DNA from: the human T2T-CHM13v2.0 reference genome, Homo sapiens
DNA length: 64,000 nucleotides
Assembly (NCBI RefSeq): GCF_009914755.1
Contig: NC_060942.1
Reading direction: 5' to 3' (one strand)
Position numbers and translations under genes: made by a program. Positions 46,681-63,229 of the stretch are shown here, piece after piece (positions within the stretch are counted from its first letter, which is position 1; the number at the start of each line of letters is the position of its first letter). The notes beneath the pieces were generated by a model. It was not told the origin of the DNA and made no database searches. It saw only the letters and a list, made by a program, of their open reading frames with translations.

Positions 46681-46880
46681 AGGAAATGGAGTACATAACA
46701 TACACTAGCAATAGATAAGTATTTTTTTAAAGAAGGGTTACGATTATTCTCATTGATAGAACATCAATTAGGAAGAACAGAAGAATGCCTGAAATTATTT
46801 TCATGCTTATAATTTTTTGAAAACAATTAATATGTGACAGAAAAAAGAGATGAAAATTATATATAATAGCTGTTGGATAC

Positions 46881-46940
46881 CTTCATTTGTCCTTGACCAT
46901 GCCTTCTCTCTGAGAGCCTTTACTTCCTGACATGTTAAAC
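46881..46940 (-). CDS. CCDC178: CCDC178 coding exon, 60 nt, phase 1-1; (G)LTCQEVKALREKAWSRTNE(G)
   Basis: Acceptor ttttattttaccttttatag, donor AAG|gtatcc. In frame with flanking exons; lies inside ORF 46807..47010. Confidence 0.93.
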
Positions 46941-48450
46941 CTATAAAAGGTAAAATAAAACAAAATAAAATATCTGCTTCCTGAGTCAAATATTCTGCCC
47001 TATATTGCACTAGTAAGGATACAGGAAGAAAATCAGCATCAGAATAAAGACATATAGGCTAAATTACATAAGAAAGGGCTGAAGGGGTAAGTAGGAGAGA
47101 AAGACAAAGTTTGATGGTGTTTCTCTGCAAAAGGGCATTTGATAGAAAACACTGCGGAAGAAAATGGAAAGTCATCTTGGGTGACATTCTGGGATGATAA
47201 ATAGATTCACAATTTTAATAGAAGCTTTCTGTGTAATTTCTCTGTTTAGTGTTCAAGAGAACTTAAATGAAGGTTTAATCTAATTTCCAAAGTTATATAT
47301 GGATTTAAAAAATCCAACAGTATGGTAAGATTGGCCTTATGACATAGCCCAGTTTATTGAAAAAATACAATACATGAAGAAAGATAAACGCAATTATTTA
47401 CGCACGTCATAACTGCATCTCTAGAAAATCCTCAGTACAAAATCAAAGTGATTAAAGAGAGTTTACATACATGTGACATAAATAATACAGCATGATTTTT
47501 ATAAAAGAAAAGACAGCATTGCCAACACCAATGACCTAAAAATATACCCTAAAGACATATCATTATAGTTACAAAAGTATAACTTATGTAGGAACATATT
47601 TAATAATTATATCTAGGCTTTAAAAAACTGTGGTAGTACAAAATATTACTAGAACATAAAAAAAGTTTAAACAAACAAGAATGTAAATTATGCTTCACAT
47701 TAGGAAGATAAACATTGTAAAAGTATCTTTTTCCAGTTTAATAACCTATAAAAATATGAGGCCTATTTTATTTGTGACTTAATAATTATTTTTAAATTTT
47801 AAAAATGAGCAATAATATCAAAAAATCTAAAAATTATGGCAAATATGTGCATGTGTTTGTAGTGGAGAGAGGGCCTTGTCCTTTAAATATCTGAATATGT
47901 CTAATATTCTAAGGATATATTTCAAAGACTGTTGCAAGAAATAAATGTCTAGATCAATGAAAAGAAACAGTTTCTTCTCTATACAAAAACAGACATATGA
48001 AAATAAATTATATTCCATGATAAGATATGATACCCACAAAAATTAAAAATTTTGAAAAGCTATCAGATAATTTTATAAATATTTTAGGTATCTCAAAGAA
48101 ATTTTTAAAAAATTTAGATTCAAACTAGAAAATCTACAATTTACAAATATAAAATTGAGATTTGTGCTAATAAGAAATCATCATATGAAATGCAAAAACA
48201 GAATATCCCGAAGTTCAGCATTCATAATGATTTTCCTAAATTACCAAGATAAATTATGATGTCTCTCTCCTTCAACACACAAGTTTCATGAGGGCAAGGA
48301 GTATATCTATTTATAGCCTCTGTATTTTCGGCAAGTAGCAAAGAACCCCAGACATAGTAAGTGTTAATACATATTTGCTGAATGAAAAATACAGTTAACT
48401 GGAGGAATGAGGGAACACATTAGAGTGAAATAATGACCACACCAAGAATA

Positions 48451-51122
<2,672 letters not shown>

Positions 51123-51899
51123 TAGTCAGTTTCTACAAAGAGTTGCACATGAAACAGACCCTGAAAAACATTGGTTCAAATAAATTCATGCTCTAATTCA
51201 TGTTTCTGCCTTGGTGGATAACTGTATTGTTATACAATATTCCAGTTACAAAATTCCAATAGAATGTATTCATCAAAACCACTCTATCAGTAAACAAATT
51301 TTCTAATGTAAATTCCTAATGAACTACAGAATTTAAAATTTTTCAAAATATATTAAAATTATAAAAATTAACATGATATATAACATTTAGTCATGCGTTT
51401 AGATTTAATAATTTAACAATATATTAAAAATGATACTTTTATCTTCTTTGACTCAAGACAGAAGTTCAAAGGTAGATGGGCAATTATTTTCACTAAATAT
51501 GACACAAAAAGAAATAATATATAAAGGCTTCAGGTTTTATTTATATAAGTTGAAAACGTTAACTATTAACAATCCATCATCAGAAGGTCCAAATGAGAGA
51601 AGATTAAATAATTAAATGAACACATGGAAATTATTTATATTCTTTGGTAATAAAAATGTAAAGTAGAGCAATTGTGGTCATTTTCTATTTAATAAACTAG
51701 CTATTTAATAATAATCAAATAAAATCTGGTATTAATATGTTGTGGTAATACTGATAAACAGTTGAATGTGAGGTACATTTGTGGAAAACAATATAAAATA
51801 AATATTGAAGGCCACACAAATGTTCACAGCCTATGTCCCCCAAATTTCAATTCTGAATACTTAACTTGAAACAAAAACCCACAAAAGACAAAAGTTAAA

Positions 51900-54870
51900 A
51901 AGAGATATCAGAGAAAATGATAAAGACCTTTGAAAAATCTACCTCTCCATAAATACAAAGATTTAAAAAGGCGAAATTGTCAAAATCAACATTTTCAGAA
52001 TTCCAGAAATATAGCAAAGGCTTCCAGCAACTGTGTGAACAACTATTCAAGAAAAACAGATAAATCTTGGTAAGAACACAAACATTTGTGGCTTCTTAAC
52101 TTTCCTTGGTCCCAGCCCTGACTCTGAAGGTCAACAGAGCCTTGAAAAATAAAGGTCCACATTTACGATATCGGAGGAGGAAGAAGAGAGTTGCAGTTTT
52201 TTGCAAGCCTCATTCCTAAAGAACTGTCATTTTTAGAAATACCTGGTTATTCCCTGCAAGACTTCACTTCTAAAGCTGTGAGCATGATCAGGAAAAAGTC
52301 AGGCTAATATTATCGGAAAGAAGAGATTTAAAGGAATTAGCATCTATCAAAGTCCAACTCTTCTAGAGATATCTTACATTTCTGAGATATGAGAATTTAC
52401 ATATTACACTTATCTATTCAGTGGTTCTTAACCAGAATAGTATCCAGATTTTGAGGACTTTGTTGTTGTTGTTACTGTTAGAGGAAGGGTCTCATTATGT
52501 CGCCCAGGCTACATTCAAACTCCCAAGCTCAATCAGTCCTCCCATCTCAGCCTCCCAAGCAGCTGGGACTACAGCTGCTGCACCGCCATGCCTGGCTTCA
52601 AGGAAATATTTGTAAACATACATGTCCACGCTTTATTAGACTTACTCTATCAAAATCTTCAGGGGAGAGCCTAGACTTGTAGATTTTTTTAAATTTTTCT
52701 GCAGGTTACTGTGATGCACAATTCTAGTTGAGAACTAGTGCAATAGACAATTACTTCAGTCTCATCTCTCACCCATATAACCAAATCCCTTTATCATTTG
52801 AGGATTTGGCACACACACAGAAAAGACCCATGAAAGCCCTAATCTCTCACCTCTGGTTGACCTTGAGACTCTGCATGTGCCAGAAGGAAAGGCTAAGGCT
52901 GAGCTGTCAAGTCCTTGGATGAGTGTTGAAGATGTATCTGAACATGCACATAAAGATGCTCAGCAAAGACAGAGATTTGATTCCAGGAATCTAGAGAAAT
53001 ATCTGTTCCGCCATTAATTGACCATTAAGCCAACTGGATAGAGATTTCAGTGAGTGGCCACAGAGGGCTTCAGAGAACTAATTTAGAAAAGTTGCTAAAT
53101 TAACAACTACAAAAATCAGCAGGGAAAGCAAACCCTAGAGAAGAAGAACAATCTGATGACCACAGGTTCTCACGTTCTATTATTTTAAATGCCCAGTTTT
53201 CAACAAAAATGTATGACATCCAAAAAAAAAAAAAACCGGACAAATGGTTCATACAGAGGAATAAAGCAAATAGACTTTTGTCAAAATCAGTTTGGATATT
53301 ACAGTTACACTTTGATACATAAAAATCTTGAAAGTCAGCATTCGGTTTCTCTTAAAAGAAAAAGCTGAACGGAAATACTCAACAATTTTTCTTAGGTCCA
53401 TCAGTGAATTAAGGTTACAATGTAAACTGACACCCCAAAAACTGGAGGGTCAGGCTAATGCAGAAGTTGCTGGAGCCAAAAATGGGTAGAGAAGTGTAAG
53501 ATCTAATTGATTAACTATTGGAGGCTGAGTGTGGACTAGTTTGAGAGTTAAAAACTTCTGGGGAGTCAGTATTAGAGGGCCAGGTATATTTTTACTTTTA
53601 TCTCCAGCTCCACCTTGTTCTCACAGTTGAAATTTGAGGAATACTCCTTTCGACTTCTAGAAGAAGGGGAAAAGTAGTTATTTTGAATTATTGCCAGGGT
53701 AAAAATTGCCATTTTGAAATATACCCAGAAGGTTTGGTTTACCACTACCCCTCAAGGGAAACTACCTTAACAGAGACTAACCAATGGAAAGAGGGAAATA
53801 TTCACTTCAGCCCCTCTAGACTTCTTGTTAAACCTAAGGTGAAAAGAAATCTGAGAAGCATGAGATAACATTATGCATTTGTCAAAACCCAGAGATCTGT
53901 ACCACAAAAGAATGAGTCATGGACCTTAGTTCATAAAAATGTATCAATATTGGTTTATCAACTTTAACAAATACACAACACTAATGCAAGATGTTAATAA
54001 TATTGGAAATTGTGAATGTGGGTTAGGAGATAGTGAGTATATGAGAGCTCTGTATTATGTACCAGTTTTCTATAAACCTGAAAATACTCTAAAGACAGTC
54101 TACTAATTAAAAAAAAAAATAAGTGAAATGTCACTTCACAGCCACTAGGAGGCTATAATAATAAAGTAAAAACAAACCAAGAAACTAATAACTGTTGGTA
54201 GGGATGTGGAGAAACTGGAGTCCATGTATTTTGTATTATGAAATGTAAACTATGGCTGCTTCTGTGGAAAGCAATTTGGCAATTACTAATAAAGTTAAAC
54301 ACTGAAATTACAAAATGACCCAGCAATTCCATTCCTAACTATACACCCAACAGGAATGAAAACATATGTTTGCATAAAAACTTGTATTCAAATATTCATA
54401 GCAGCATTATTCATAATATTCCTAAAACAGAAACAACTAAAACATCTATCTACTGATGAATGTATAAACAATAGGTGGAATATCCATAAAGAATAATAGT
54501 ATTCAGTCATACAAAGGAATTAAATATGAATACATTTTACAACATGGATGAACCTTGACAGCATTATCTTGGTTGAAAAGGTGAAAGGCATGCAGAGCCA
54601 ACTATTTTATAAAATCATTGATATGAAATATCTAGAGTAAACAAATCCATAGAGCAAGAAAACAGATTTGTGGTTCCAGAGGCTGGGTAGAGGAGGAATG
54701 GGGAAAGAATGCTAGTGGTACAGGGTTTCTTTCAGTGGTTATGAAAGTGTTCTAGAAATAGATAGTGGTAATGGCCACACAAACTTATACTAAAAATTCT
54801 AAATTGTAAACTTTAGAAAGGTAAATTTTATGCTATGTGAATTGTAGCTTAATTTTAAAAAGCTAAACAC
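51900..54870 (+). mobile_element. Patchwork of L1MC/MD/MB fragments (5'UTR pieces; 3' ends at ~53870-54120 and ~54120-54870)
   Basis: ttatgcatttgtcaaaacccagag, gacccagcaattccattccta and ttttatgctatgtgaattgtagctt motifs. Confidence 0.65.
52419..52740. mobile_element. MER5-like hAT element interrupted by an antisense Alu monomer (~52460-52597)
   Basis: Termini cagtggttcttaacc / gttgagaactagtg; FLAM-like insert. Confidence 0.65.
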
Positions 54871-55249
54871 AGTATCACTTAGCATATATGCCAAAATAGA
54901 ACAATAGTTATTTAAATTATGATAAAGAAGACTGAGAACTATTATTCAATAAAAACGTAATTATCAAGAATTACAAAAATGTATGTTATTTATATAATTT
55001 AAATTTTAAAATTATACTTATAATGCATCTGTATAAATACATCTATATCCATTAAAAGATAATGTATATGAAAGAAAACAGTAGTGTTTTACTATTAGGC
55101 ATGTCATATTTTTTGTATTTCCAAAATTTTTATATTCTAGTAAAATTTTAAACAGTAAAAAACAAAAAATAAAAAATCCTTTGGAATCTACATAAGAATA
55201 CTAAGTTGATTATAATTAGATGAAAATAAAATTGGTATGATTTGATGTC

Positions 55250-58200
55250 AAATGACAATTAGATAATACATTTAAGATACTCTCATAAACAAAAAATAAA
55301 TTATATAAAAAAGTAAGCCAAATAATTTATCAAATAAAACTGTCATTCAAGTATATAGGCCAGAGATAATTGCTATGAACATTCAAGAAATGAAAGAATA
55401 TATTTCCTGGGATCCCTTTCTGAATCCACTAGAAAGTAGATGTAGTACAACAAAAATGAAGGGAGAAATTTGGCATAGTACAGGCAGTGAATCTTGAATA
55501 TGTTAGCTTTTTAACTAATATCGAAGGATGGGAAAAGTATAATAGGCTGGAAGGCTTATGTACTTATGCTCTGACAATGCAGATCCAGTACTGATGATGC
55601 AGATACAGTACTAGTACCAAAAATATGGTGTTGGGTGTGGAGTGGGAGTATATGCAAAATACAATAAGAATACTATATAAGTATAAGCCAGGAATAAAAC
55701 AATATTCCTTAATTAAATGATAGGAAGACGGAATGCAAAGGCAAGAAAAGCTTCCTAGCTGATTTTGGTATTGCTCATAATAAAGATCCAATACACATTA
55801 TCTAAGAGAGAGAGAAGTAAGATATTAGTATCATAAACTTTTCTAAGTGTTAAAAAGGACAGCAAATAATGTACAAAATACATATGTATAAATGCATTTA
55901 AATATAAAAATGTAATGAAAATGAAACTTTATGAGTCTTATTTGTAATTGTAAACGGGCTTAAATCATCAATAGTTAAGTGAACTGTAAAAATATGTTGT
56001 ATACATCACACAAAGTGATTCAGAAAGTTTTAATTTAAGTGATGGGCAGAAATATACTAGGCAAATCAATAGAAAATACAGCAATTGTCATGATCTTTAT
56101 ATCTGACAACATAGAATTCTGATCAAAGAATATAGTGGGGCAAGTTTAAATATTTCATAATATGAAAGACTACTATATAAAATAATAGTATTACAGCTCA
56201 TAACATTTATGCACCTAATTACATGGGACCAAATTTGAGGAGATGAAAAGAGAAACAGAAAAATCTACCAAAAGTAGGTAGATTAACAGATTTCTCTCAA
56301 TCTAATAAAGATTGAAAGGATAAAAATTAGTAAAAACATATAGTAGATCTCAGTGACATAATCCATAAGGATGATCTTATAGATATTATACTCTTAACCA
56401 AAATATTTCATAGGTCTAAATAATATATGTCAAAAATAAATCAAAACCAATTAAATCTAAAAGTTATAGCAAGTCTATAATCCATACTTTCCCATGGGGA
56501 GTAAAGGAGAGGCCCCCAAAGAAAGGAAACAGGTAACCAGGTCAAATCTCCTAACAAACATGCTAATAACAGAAATTCTGGCAAACATACTAATTGACGT
56601 TTGTTAACTGGAGAGTTCTTATCAACAGAAAGCTTTCAGCAGGATGTTTTTGGCTGTTTGAATTATAACCATAAACAAACCTGAACCTACGTGTTTACGG
56701 GATATGGCTCCCTGAAAAACATCATGTTAACTATTAAACTACCTTAATAAAAAATGGAGCTGTTTCATGACTAGAGGGCAGTCTTCTGAATGAGTCGCAT
56801 GGCTGCACATACATGCTTAAACACATAATTCTTTAATCTGGAGCAGAGTACATCCAACCAGGTGAGACAGGACCTGGAGAGCTGTTCTGATGGTCCCAGA
56901 TGTCTCCCTGCTTCAACTGTACTTGAGAATTTCCTATAGCCTTAAAATCGTTAGCAAAGATACACACTTTATATGAGTCTGATTTGATTTGACTCTCCAA
57001 TCCTTTTTATTATCTCTATGTTATTTCAAGGGAAACTTACAGCTTGACATAACTATATTAAAAAAGAAAAAAGCCTGAAAATTAGCGATCTAAGCAACCA
57101 AATTTAAAATATGTGGGACAGCAAACTCAAAGAAAGTAGAAGGAAGAGAAGGAAGGTAATAATATCCCAAATTCATAAAATACAAAGCAAAATAACAACA
57201 AAAACCTACAGATAATCCAAAAGTTTTGATATTAGCAATTTGAAAAGGTTAACACAAATGAATTACCTCTGGCAAGACTGTCAAGACTAAACAGAGAACC
57301 AGAAGAAACAAAAACAGTATTATGAATGTAAAGAAGAAACAACTGCATATAGAGAGATATAAAAGTAAAGACTATTATTAACACTATTGTACAACAGTAT
57401 TGTAAACATTTAATATTTAACCAAATAGATTTTTAAAAGAAAAAATTATAACTTGCTAATCAATAGTGAATAGAAGATAAACAGAAAGCTTGAGTAGTAC
57501 TAAGGCCAATAAATATTTTGTATCAATAATTATATCCCTCCAAATTAAGAGGTAATTTTAGCCAAATACTCCAGAAAAAAAATAATAAAAATATATTATC
57601 TTTTTTGGAGAACAGAAAATAAAGAAGCACTCTATAATTCAATCTAGAAGTAATAAAACCCTCATTACCAAAACAAGAAATGTTCAGAAAACCTAGGGGC
57701 CAATGTTACTGAATAAGAAAGATGCAAACATCCTAAACAAATGATTATGAAACAAAATCTACAAATATATTAAAATACAGTAAAATTTAAAAAGTTGTTT
57801 GTCCCAGAAATGAAGTTTATTTAAAAGTTGTAAATCCATGTATGCAAGTCATTAAATTTAAAGATTAAAGGAAAAAAAAGTCCAGAAAAATGTTAGTAGA
57901 TGTAGAAAAAGTATTAATAAAATTCACAACAGGTTCACAATTTATAGAAAATTATAAAGAATGATCTTTACAAACCATAAAAAAAATTAATGGCAAAACA
58001 TTAAAAGTCTCACTTTAAAAATCATGAACAGGAAGATGTGTGCACATTTTAGTCACCTTCATTCAACAGGGCACACACACAAAAAACCAGCCTAGTGATA
58101 GAGAAGAAAATGGGAAAAAATTACATTGAGAAGAAAGTAAAAATTAAAACTTACTATTTTCAAATGATTTAACAAACATTAGTGAATAGGAGAGTTAAAC
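55250..58200 (+). mobile_element. Very old L1 ORF1/ORF2 relic with a probable LTR-type insert at ~56480-57000
   Basis: A-rich sequence with degraded ORF2 motifs (aacatttatgcacctaat; gatgcaaacatcctaaacaaa). Confidence 0.5.
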
Positions 58201-58827
58201 TTGTTAGATGAAATAAAATATATAGAACTGTATATGTATTACATTAATATTTATATGTAATATATAAAATTAAATGAGATTTGGAAGAGATGAGTGAACA
58301 CCAGGTTCTATTCTTTAAGCCAAATTATAAGTGCACAAATATATAATTTTATCAATATTCTTTAAACTTTACATGTATTTTCCAGATATGTTTACACATG
58401 CAAAGTATTTTCTATTTTAAAATATCAAAACACTATTCTGTAAAAAAATTCATTCTCTGCCTGTTATACAGAAAACATGTTATGGAAAAGACACATTGGA
58501 AAAACCTTAATAAATAAACGCACTATCAGTATTTTGATACAAATAAATGTGATGCTGCCATGAAATGCAGTTTTGTATTTAGAGAAAATACTGCCTGCAA
58601 AGCCAAAAAATTATAGTTTGTTAAAAGGTCCTGTTAATTGCAATAAAAATTGTTAGCCCAAACAGAGCTAACCATTTGTAAATGTGACTCATCTGAAAAT
58701 ACTATTGGTCAGCTTGTTTAAGATATATGGCTGTAATTTTACAGAACAATTTGAAAAAGATTGGTAATTTGTTTTATGATTTATGTCAACTGAGAACACA
58801 GAATAATCATCCAGTTAATTATTTTTA

Positions 58828-59116
58828 TTTTTATTGTTTGTTTTTTGAGACAGGGTCTTGTTCTTCACCCAAGCTGGAGTGCAGAGCCGCATGCGACATC
58901 TGCCTCCTTGGTTCAAGGGATCCTCCTATCTCACAGCTTCCCAGTAGCTGGGACTACAGGCATATACCATCAGGCCTGGCTAATTTTCGTATTTTTTGTA
59001 AAGACAGGGTTTCACTCTGTTTCCCAAGCTGGTCTCCAACTCCTGGTCTCAAGTGATCCACCCACCTCACCCTCCTGAAGTGTTGGGATTACAGGCATGA
59101 GCCACTGCGCCTGGCC
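58828..59116 (-). mobile_element. AluJ-like
   Basis: Diverged antisense dimer; TSD ttaattattttta. Confidence 0.88.
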
Positions 59117-60377
59117 CCATTAATTATTTTTAGAATGGTGAGAGTTTCCGTATGATTGCAGTAGTTACATCATGAACGAAAGAACATCAAAAAATGATTT
59201 TATTTCGGATAATTTTAAAAGTGTTATTATGCTGAATGTACTTTCACAGAAGTTAGTAAATATGACCTCCCATGGTGTTCTTGTGATAGAATTAATGACA
59301 AACTTTTTCAAAAGTTAGTATATAATACATAATTAAAATCTTCAAAGACATAGCAATAAACACTGGCATAAACACACAGGACTGATAAATTCCTGTGGCT
59401 TAAACACAGAAATTTCAATGCTTTTCTGGATTAGCTGTATGTTGTTTATAATGGCTGGTTGTCTTACATACAGAATAGGAAATCTGATGATGGTGTGAAG
59501 CCAAAGTGACAAAAGTAAATTTTAACTGATAATCCCCATTGATGTTAGCATTTCAAATATGGCTTTTAATGTCACTTAAATACAAAAGTCCTAAACTTGC
59601 TCACCAAGCACATTTTAAAAGACAATTTATTAACTATATTCTTTTCCAAAGTGTTAGCCAAACAGACATATCTTCATTTCTTATGCATTTACAGATGTCT
59701 ATATCACAGAAGACTTACATTCCATTAAATCATGTGATATGTAGTTTTATCTGCTATGTATATCTATTGCATCAAATGATGGTGGGTGGCTTAAGTCATG
59801 CTTAATATGATTGACTTTCTAGCTTTTGCTTGCAAACGAGTGTAGACTGGATCATTTTCTGTTCCAATTTAGAATAGGCTTTGTCAAGTCATTCAAAGGA
59901 AAATCACCAGCGCAGCTCTCTGAAGTCTTGGAACAAACTATTAGTCTTTTTAATTCGCATTATAATCAACCCCAAAACTTTCAGTTCTTTCAACTATTTA
60001 AATATGAGTTACACACCTGTATGATTCTCTGTTCATTCCAAATTGTGTTTTTGGGGAAATTATTTTAAATGAATAACTTGTTCCATGTTACTAATCTGAG
60101 ATTGGGATCAATTTCCAGAAATAAAAACAAGCTTTTGCTTAAGCTTTACAAAACAAACTCTATAAATGAAAATGAAATAACATTTTTTTTCAATTAATGT
60201 TGATAGAAGAAATAAAGAGCTACAAACCAAGGTTTTTCAAATATTTTGAAAATATGTGGTGATGAAATAAGATTCTAACCCAAGGCTAATAATTTTAAAT
60301 AAAATCCATTCTGTCATGACCTTATTCACGTTTGGAATTACTAAATGACTGCTTTCAATTATAACCCTGAAGAAAAT

Positions 60378-60947
60378 TGTAGTAAGTTGATTGCAATAAT
60401 AACCCCAATAATTTTCTCCTCCCCGTATTCACTTTCCTTTGCAGTGTGACTTTGCAGCATCTTCCATCAAGAGGTGGAGTCTAATCTCCTACCCATAGAT
60501 CTGTGCCAGTTCTGTGATTTGCTTTGATCAATAAAATGTGACAGAAATGATAGGGCACCAGTTCTGCGCATTGGCCTGAAGAGGTCTTCTGTGCTTCTGT
60601 CCCTCCTCTTGAAACTGCCAAAACCCAGAGATCAAGCCCCTTAATAGTATGCTGGAATATGAGAGACAAGCAAGTGCAGAGCTGAATCAGCCTAATTTTC
60701 CCAGCCAAGACCCTAGACCTGTAAACGAGCTCAGCCAAAATAAGCAAGATCAGTAATGGTACTGAATTAACCTGTGGCTTACTCCAGATGCATGAGTGAG
60801 CTGTACTGAGCCCACCTGATATCAGCAGAACCATCCAGCCGACTCATGCACAAGTGAGCATAAAATGAATGTTCATGATGCTGTATGCACCTGCATTTTT
60901 ATGGTTGGTTGTTACATAGCATCAGTGCAGCAGTGATAACTGATACA
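60378..60947 (+). mobile_element. MaLR solo LTR (MLT1G/H-like)
   Basis: tgtagt...taactgataca termini; tgtgactttgcagc, ccatcaagaggtggagtcta and tgtgatttgctttgatcaata motifs. Confidence 0.8.
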
Positions 60948-60992
60948 AAGACTACCTATTGTTCTCAAAGTATTCAAGGTTAAGTTCTATAC

Positions 60993-61206
60993 CAGGGTTG
61001 GCAAATGTTTTCTGGAAAGCATCAGATAGTAAAAATTTTAGATTTTGTGGGCCAAATGCAGTCTCTGTTGCATATTCCTTATTGTCTTCTTTTTTCTTTT
61101 CTTTTCACAACTCCTTACAAATATAAAAACCATTCTTAATTTGGGGTCTGTAAATAAAAGGCTGCTGGCCAGATTTGGGCAATGGGCTATAATTTACTGA
61201 CCTCTG
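60993..61206 (+). mobile_element. MER58-like hAT-Charlie element
   Basis: TIRs cagggttggcaaa / tttactgacctctg. Confidence 0.8.
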
Positions 61207-61368
61207 TTTTATATCATGCAAAGATATGACATTGCTAACATGATACAGAATAAAAGATGTCAGAGCTCAAGATGCAAAAAAATAGAGTAAAGTAATGCAA
61301 TAAAATCATATAATTTTAAAAATAGAATTATATTAGTATTTTCATTTTTAATATTCCATGTTTAGCTT

Positions 61369-61503
61369 CAGCGATGTGATAGTAAAAGTTTAATATCCAG
61401 CTGTTAGTTGGTAATAAATACTAACACCATGGCCAATTTGAAGTTACCAGTGGAATGGAATCGAGAAGAGATATATACAAGAGCTGATTCCAGCACACCA
61501 TTG
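61369..61503 (-). mobile_element. MER63-like hAT element
   Basis: Termini cagcgatgtgatag / ccagcacaccattg; ccatggccaatttgaagttacca core. Confidence 0.6.
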
Positions 61504-61767
61504 TTGTACTGCTTACCTATTTTATTACCTATAACACAGTTCATCCATAATTATAAAATAAACTGATTATAATTCAGATAATGTGTTTTTGTTACGCTGA
61601 CTCACTCTTTTCTCTTAGCTCACTTTACTGGTCCCAGTAAGTTTTGGTTTTGTGACCATTATCTTGGAAAAGATTACTATCTTTGCAGTTGCCCTCCTCT
61701 GTAAGTGATGTGAATTCCATTTATCTATGAACTATTTTCAAAGAAAATCAATTTATGATAAACTTAC

Positions 61768-61825
61768 CTATATTGGTTTGATCATCTCTAGTGGAAGAAG
61801 AGGAAACTGTCTTGTTTTCAGTCAT
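61768..61825 (-). CDS. CCDC178: CCDC178 first coding exon (exon 61768-61847, 22 nt of 5'UTR); MTENKTVSSSSTRDDQTNI(G)
   Basis: Minus strand: acceptor tctttctaattag at 61849-61848, in-frame upstream TAA, ATG at 61825 with A at -3, donor G|gtaagt at 61767. Peptide matches my recollection of the CCDC178 N-terminus. Confidence 0.93.
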
Positions 61826-62239
61826 AGTTATAAGAATATTTTAAAACCTAATTAGAAAGAAAAATATTTAAATATCATGAATCTAAATTAGTTTATATTT
61901 AATTTTACTAAAAATTGTCAATTCAAGAACTGATAGTGTAAAATGTAAGGATGTAAAATGTAAGGAAGTCCAACAATGTACTCTTTTTCTTATTAGGACT
62001 ATTACGATCTCATTCAGAAATATCAAATATAAAAATCTTCATTAAAGAGGGATCTTTGATCTTCTACTTTGCTAGTGACTTAAACCAATACCTAGGCTGA
62101 CTACGAGATAATTTAGCATTGGCAATTGTAGCTATGGGTTCACAGCCCTGGGGGGATTCTAGAACCTACAATGTTTTCATTTCATATAATAAAAGTTTAA
62201 CTTTACTACCATCTCTTCTTTACCTTCCTTCAGTTCCTT

Positions 62240-62800
62240 TTTAAAATATTTTAAGAGTAGAGCAAAAAGTGCAATGGATTTCTATATCTCCATCAACCAA
62301 TTTCAACAATTATCAATTTGTGACCAATTCTGAATTCTATACACCCACAAACTGCCCTGTCTCACCTACTTCTGATAATGGTTAAGCAAAACACAAGTAT
62401 CATATTATTGTATCTGTAAATATTTCAAAAAATTTTTAAACATAGCCATAATACCAATAATGTAATTAACACAATTAATGATGTCTTAATATCACTAAAC
62501 ATATTTTGTGTTCACATTTGTCTCACATTTTCTGTTTTTAAGAATTGTTTAAAGCAATAATACAAACAAGGTCCGTACATAGCATTTAAGTGAAATGTCT
62601 CTTAATTATCTTTTAGTCTATGCGTTCTCCCTGTACTTTTTTTCTCCCTGTACTTTACCTAAGTAAATATCAAATATTTTGTCCTATAGAGTTTTCCACA
62701 TCGCTAACAACCTCCCTGTGCTGTATTTAACAAGTTTCTCTGTTCCCTATAATTCCTGCAAATTGGTATTAATTAGAAACTCAAAGTGCTGAACAGAAAG
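62240..62800 (-). mobile_element. L1MC-type 3'UTR fragment
   Basis: caacaattatcaatt, catagccataatacca and cttttagtctat motifs. Confidence 0.6.
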
Positions 62801-63229
62801 AAAATAATTCTATAAACACAGAAATAACAATTGTCTCATTTAATTTGCAGATCTAAATCATTATATAGTTTAGATACTGGAAATCATCTAATTTATTTTT
62901 TGTTTGTTTGTTTTACAAGTCAGAAAATCTTGACTGAAATTAGTAAATTAATGCAATGAAAAAAGACTTCTTAGACAAAAGTGCTATGAAAGAAAACCCT
63001 AAATCCAAGCTTAGTGCTCTTCCAAATAAACCACTCTACCTCATAAAGACCAACTTTTAAAGAAAAGTAAGCTATAGAAAAGAGCATAACTAAATGTTGA
63101 GAGAACATAACAGTGTTTTATGGACATTAACATTTTTTAATTCAATGAAGATTATAGTTGAAACATATAATTTTATTTCTTCTACTACACAAAATTACTG
63201 GAAAAATTAAATAATATTAATAAGAAAAT

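Noticed and set aside
56768-56782. CTCF-like motif tgactagagggcagt
   Set aside because: Lacks the conserved 5' CC of the core; not supportable without ChIP data.
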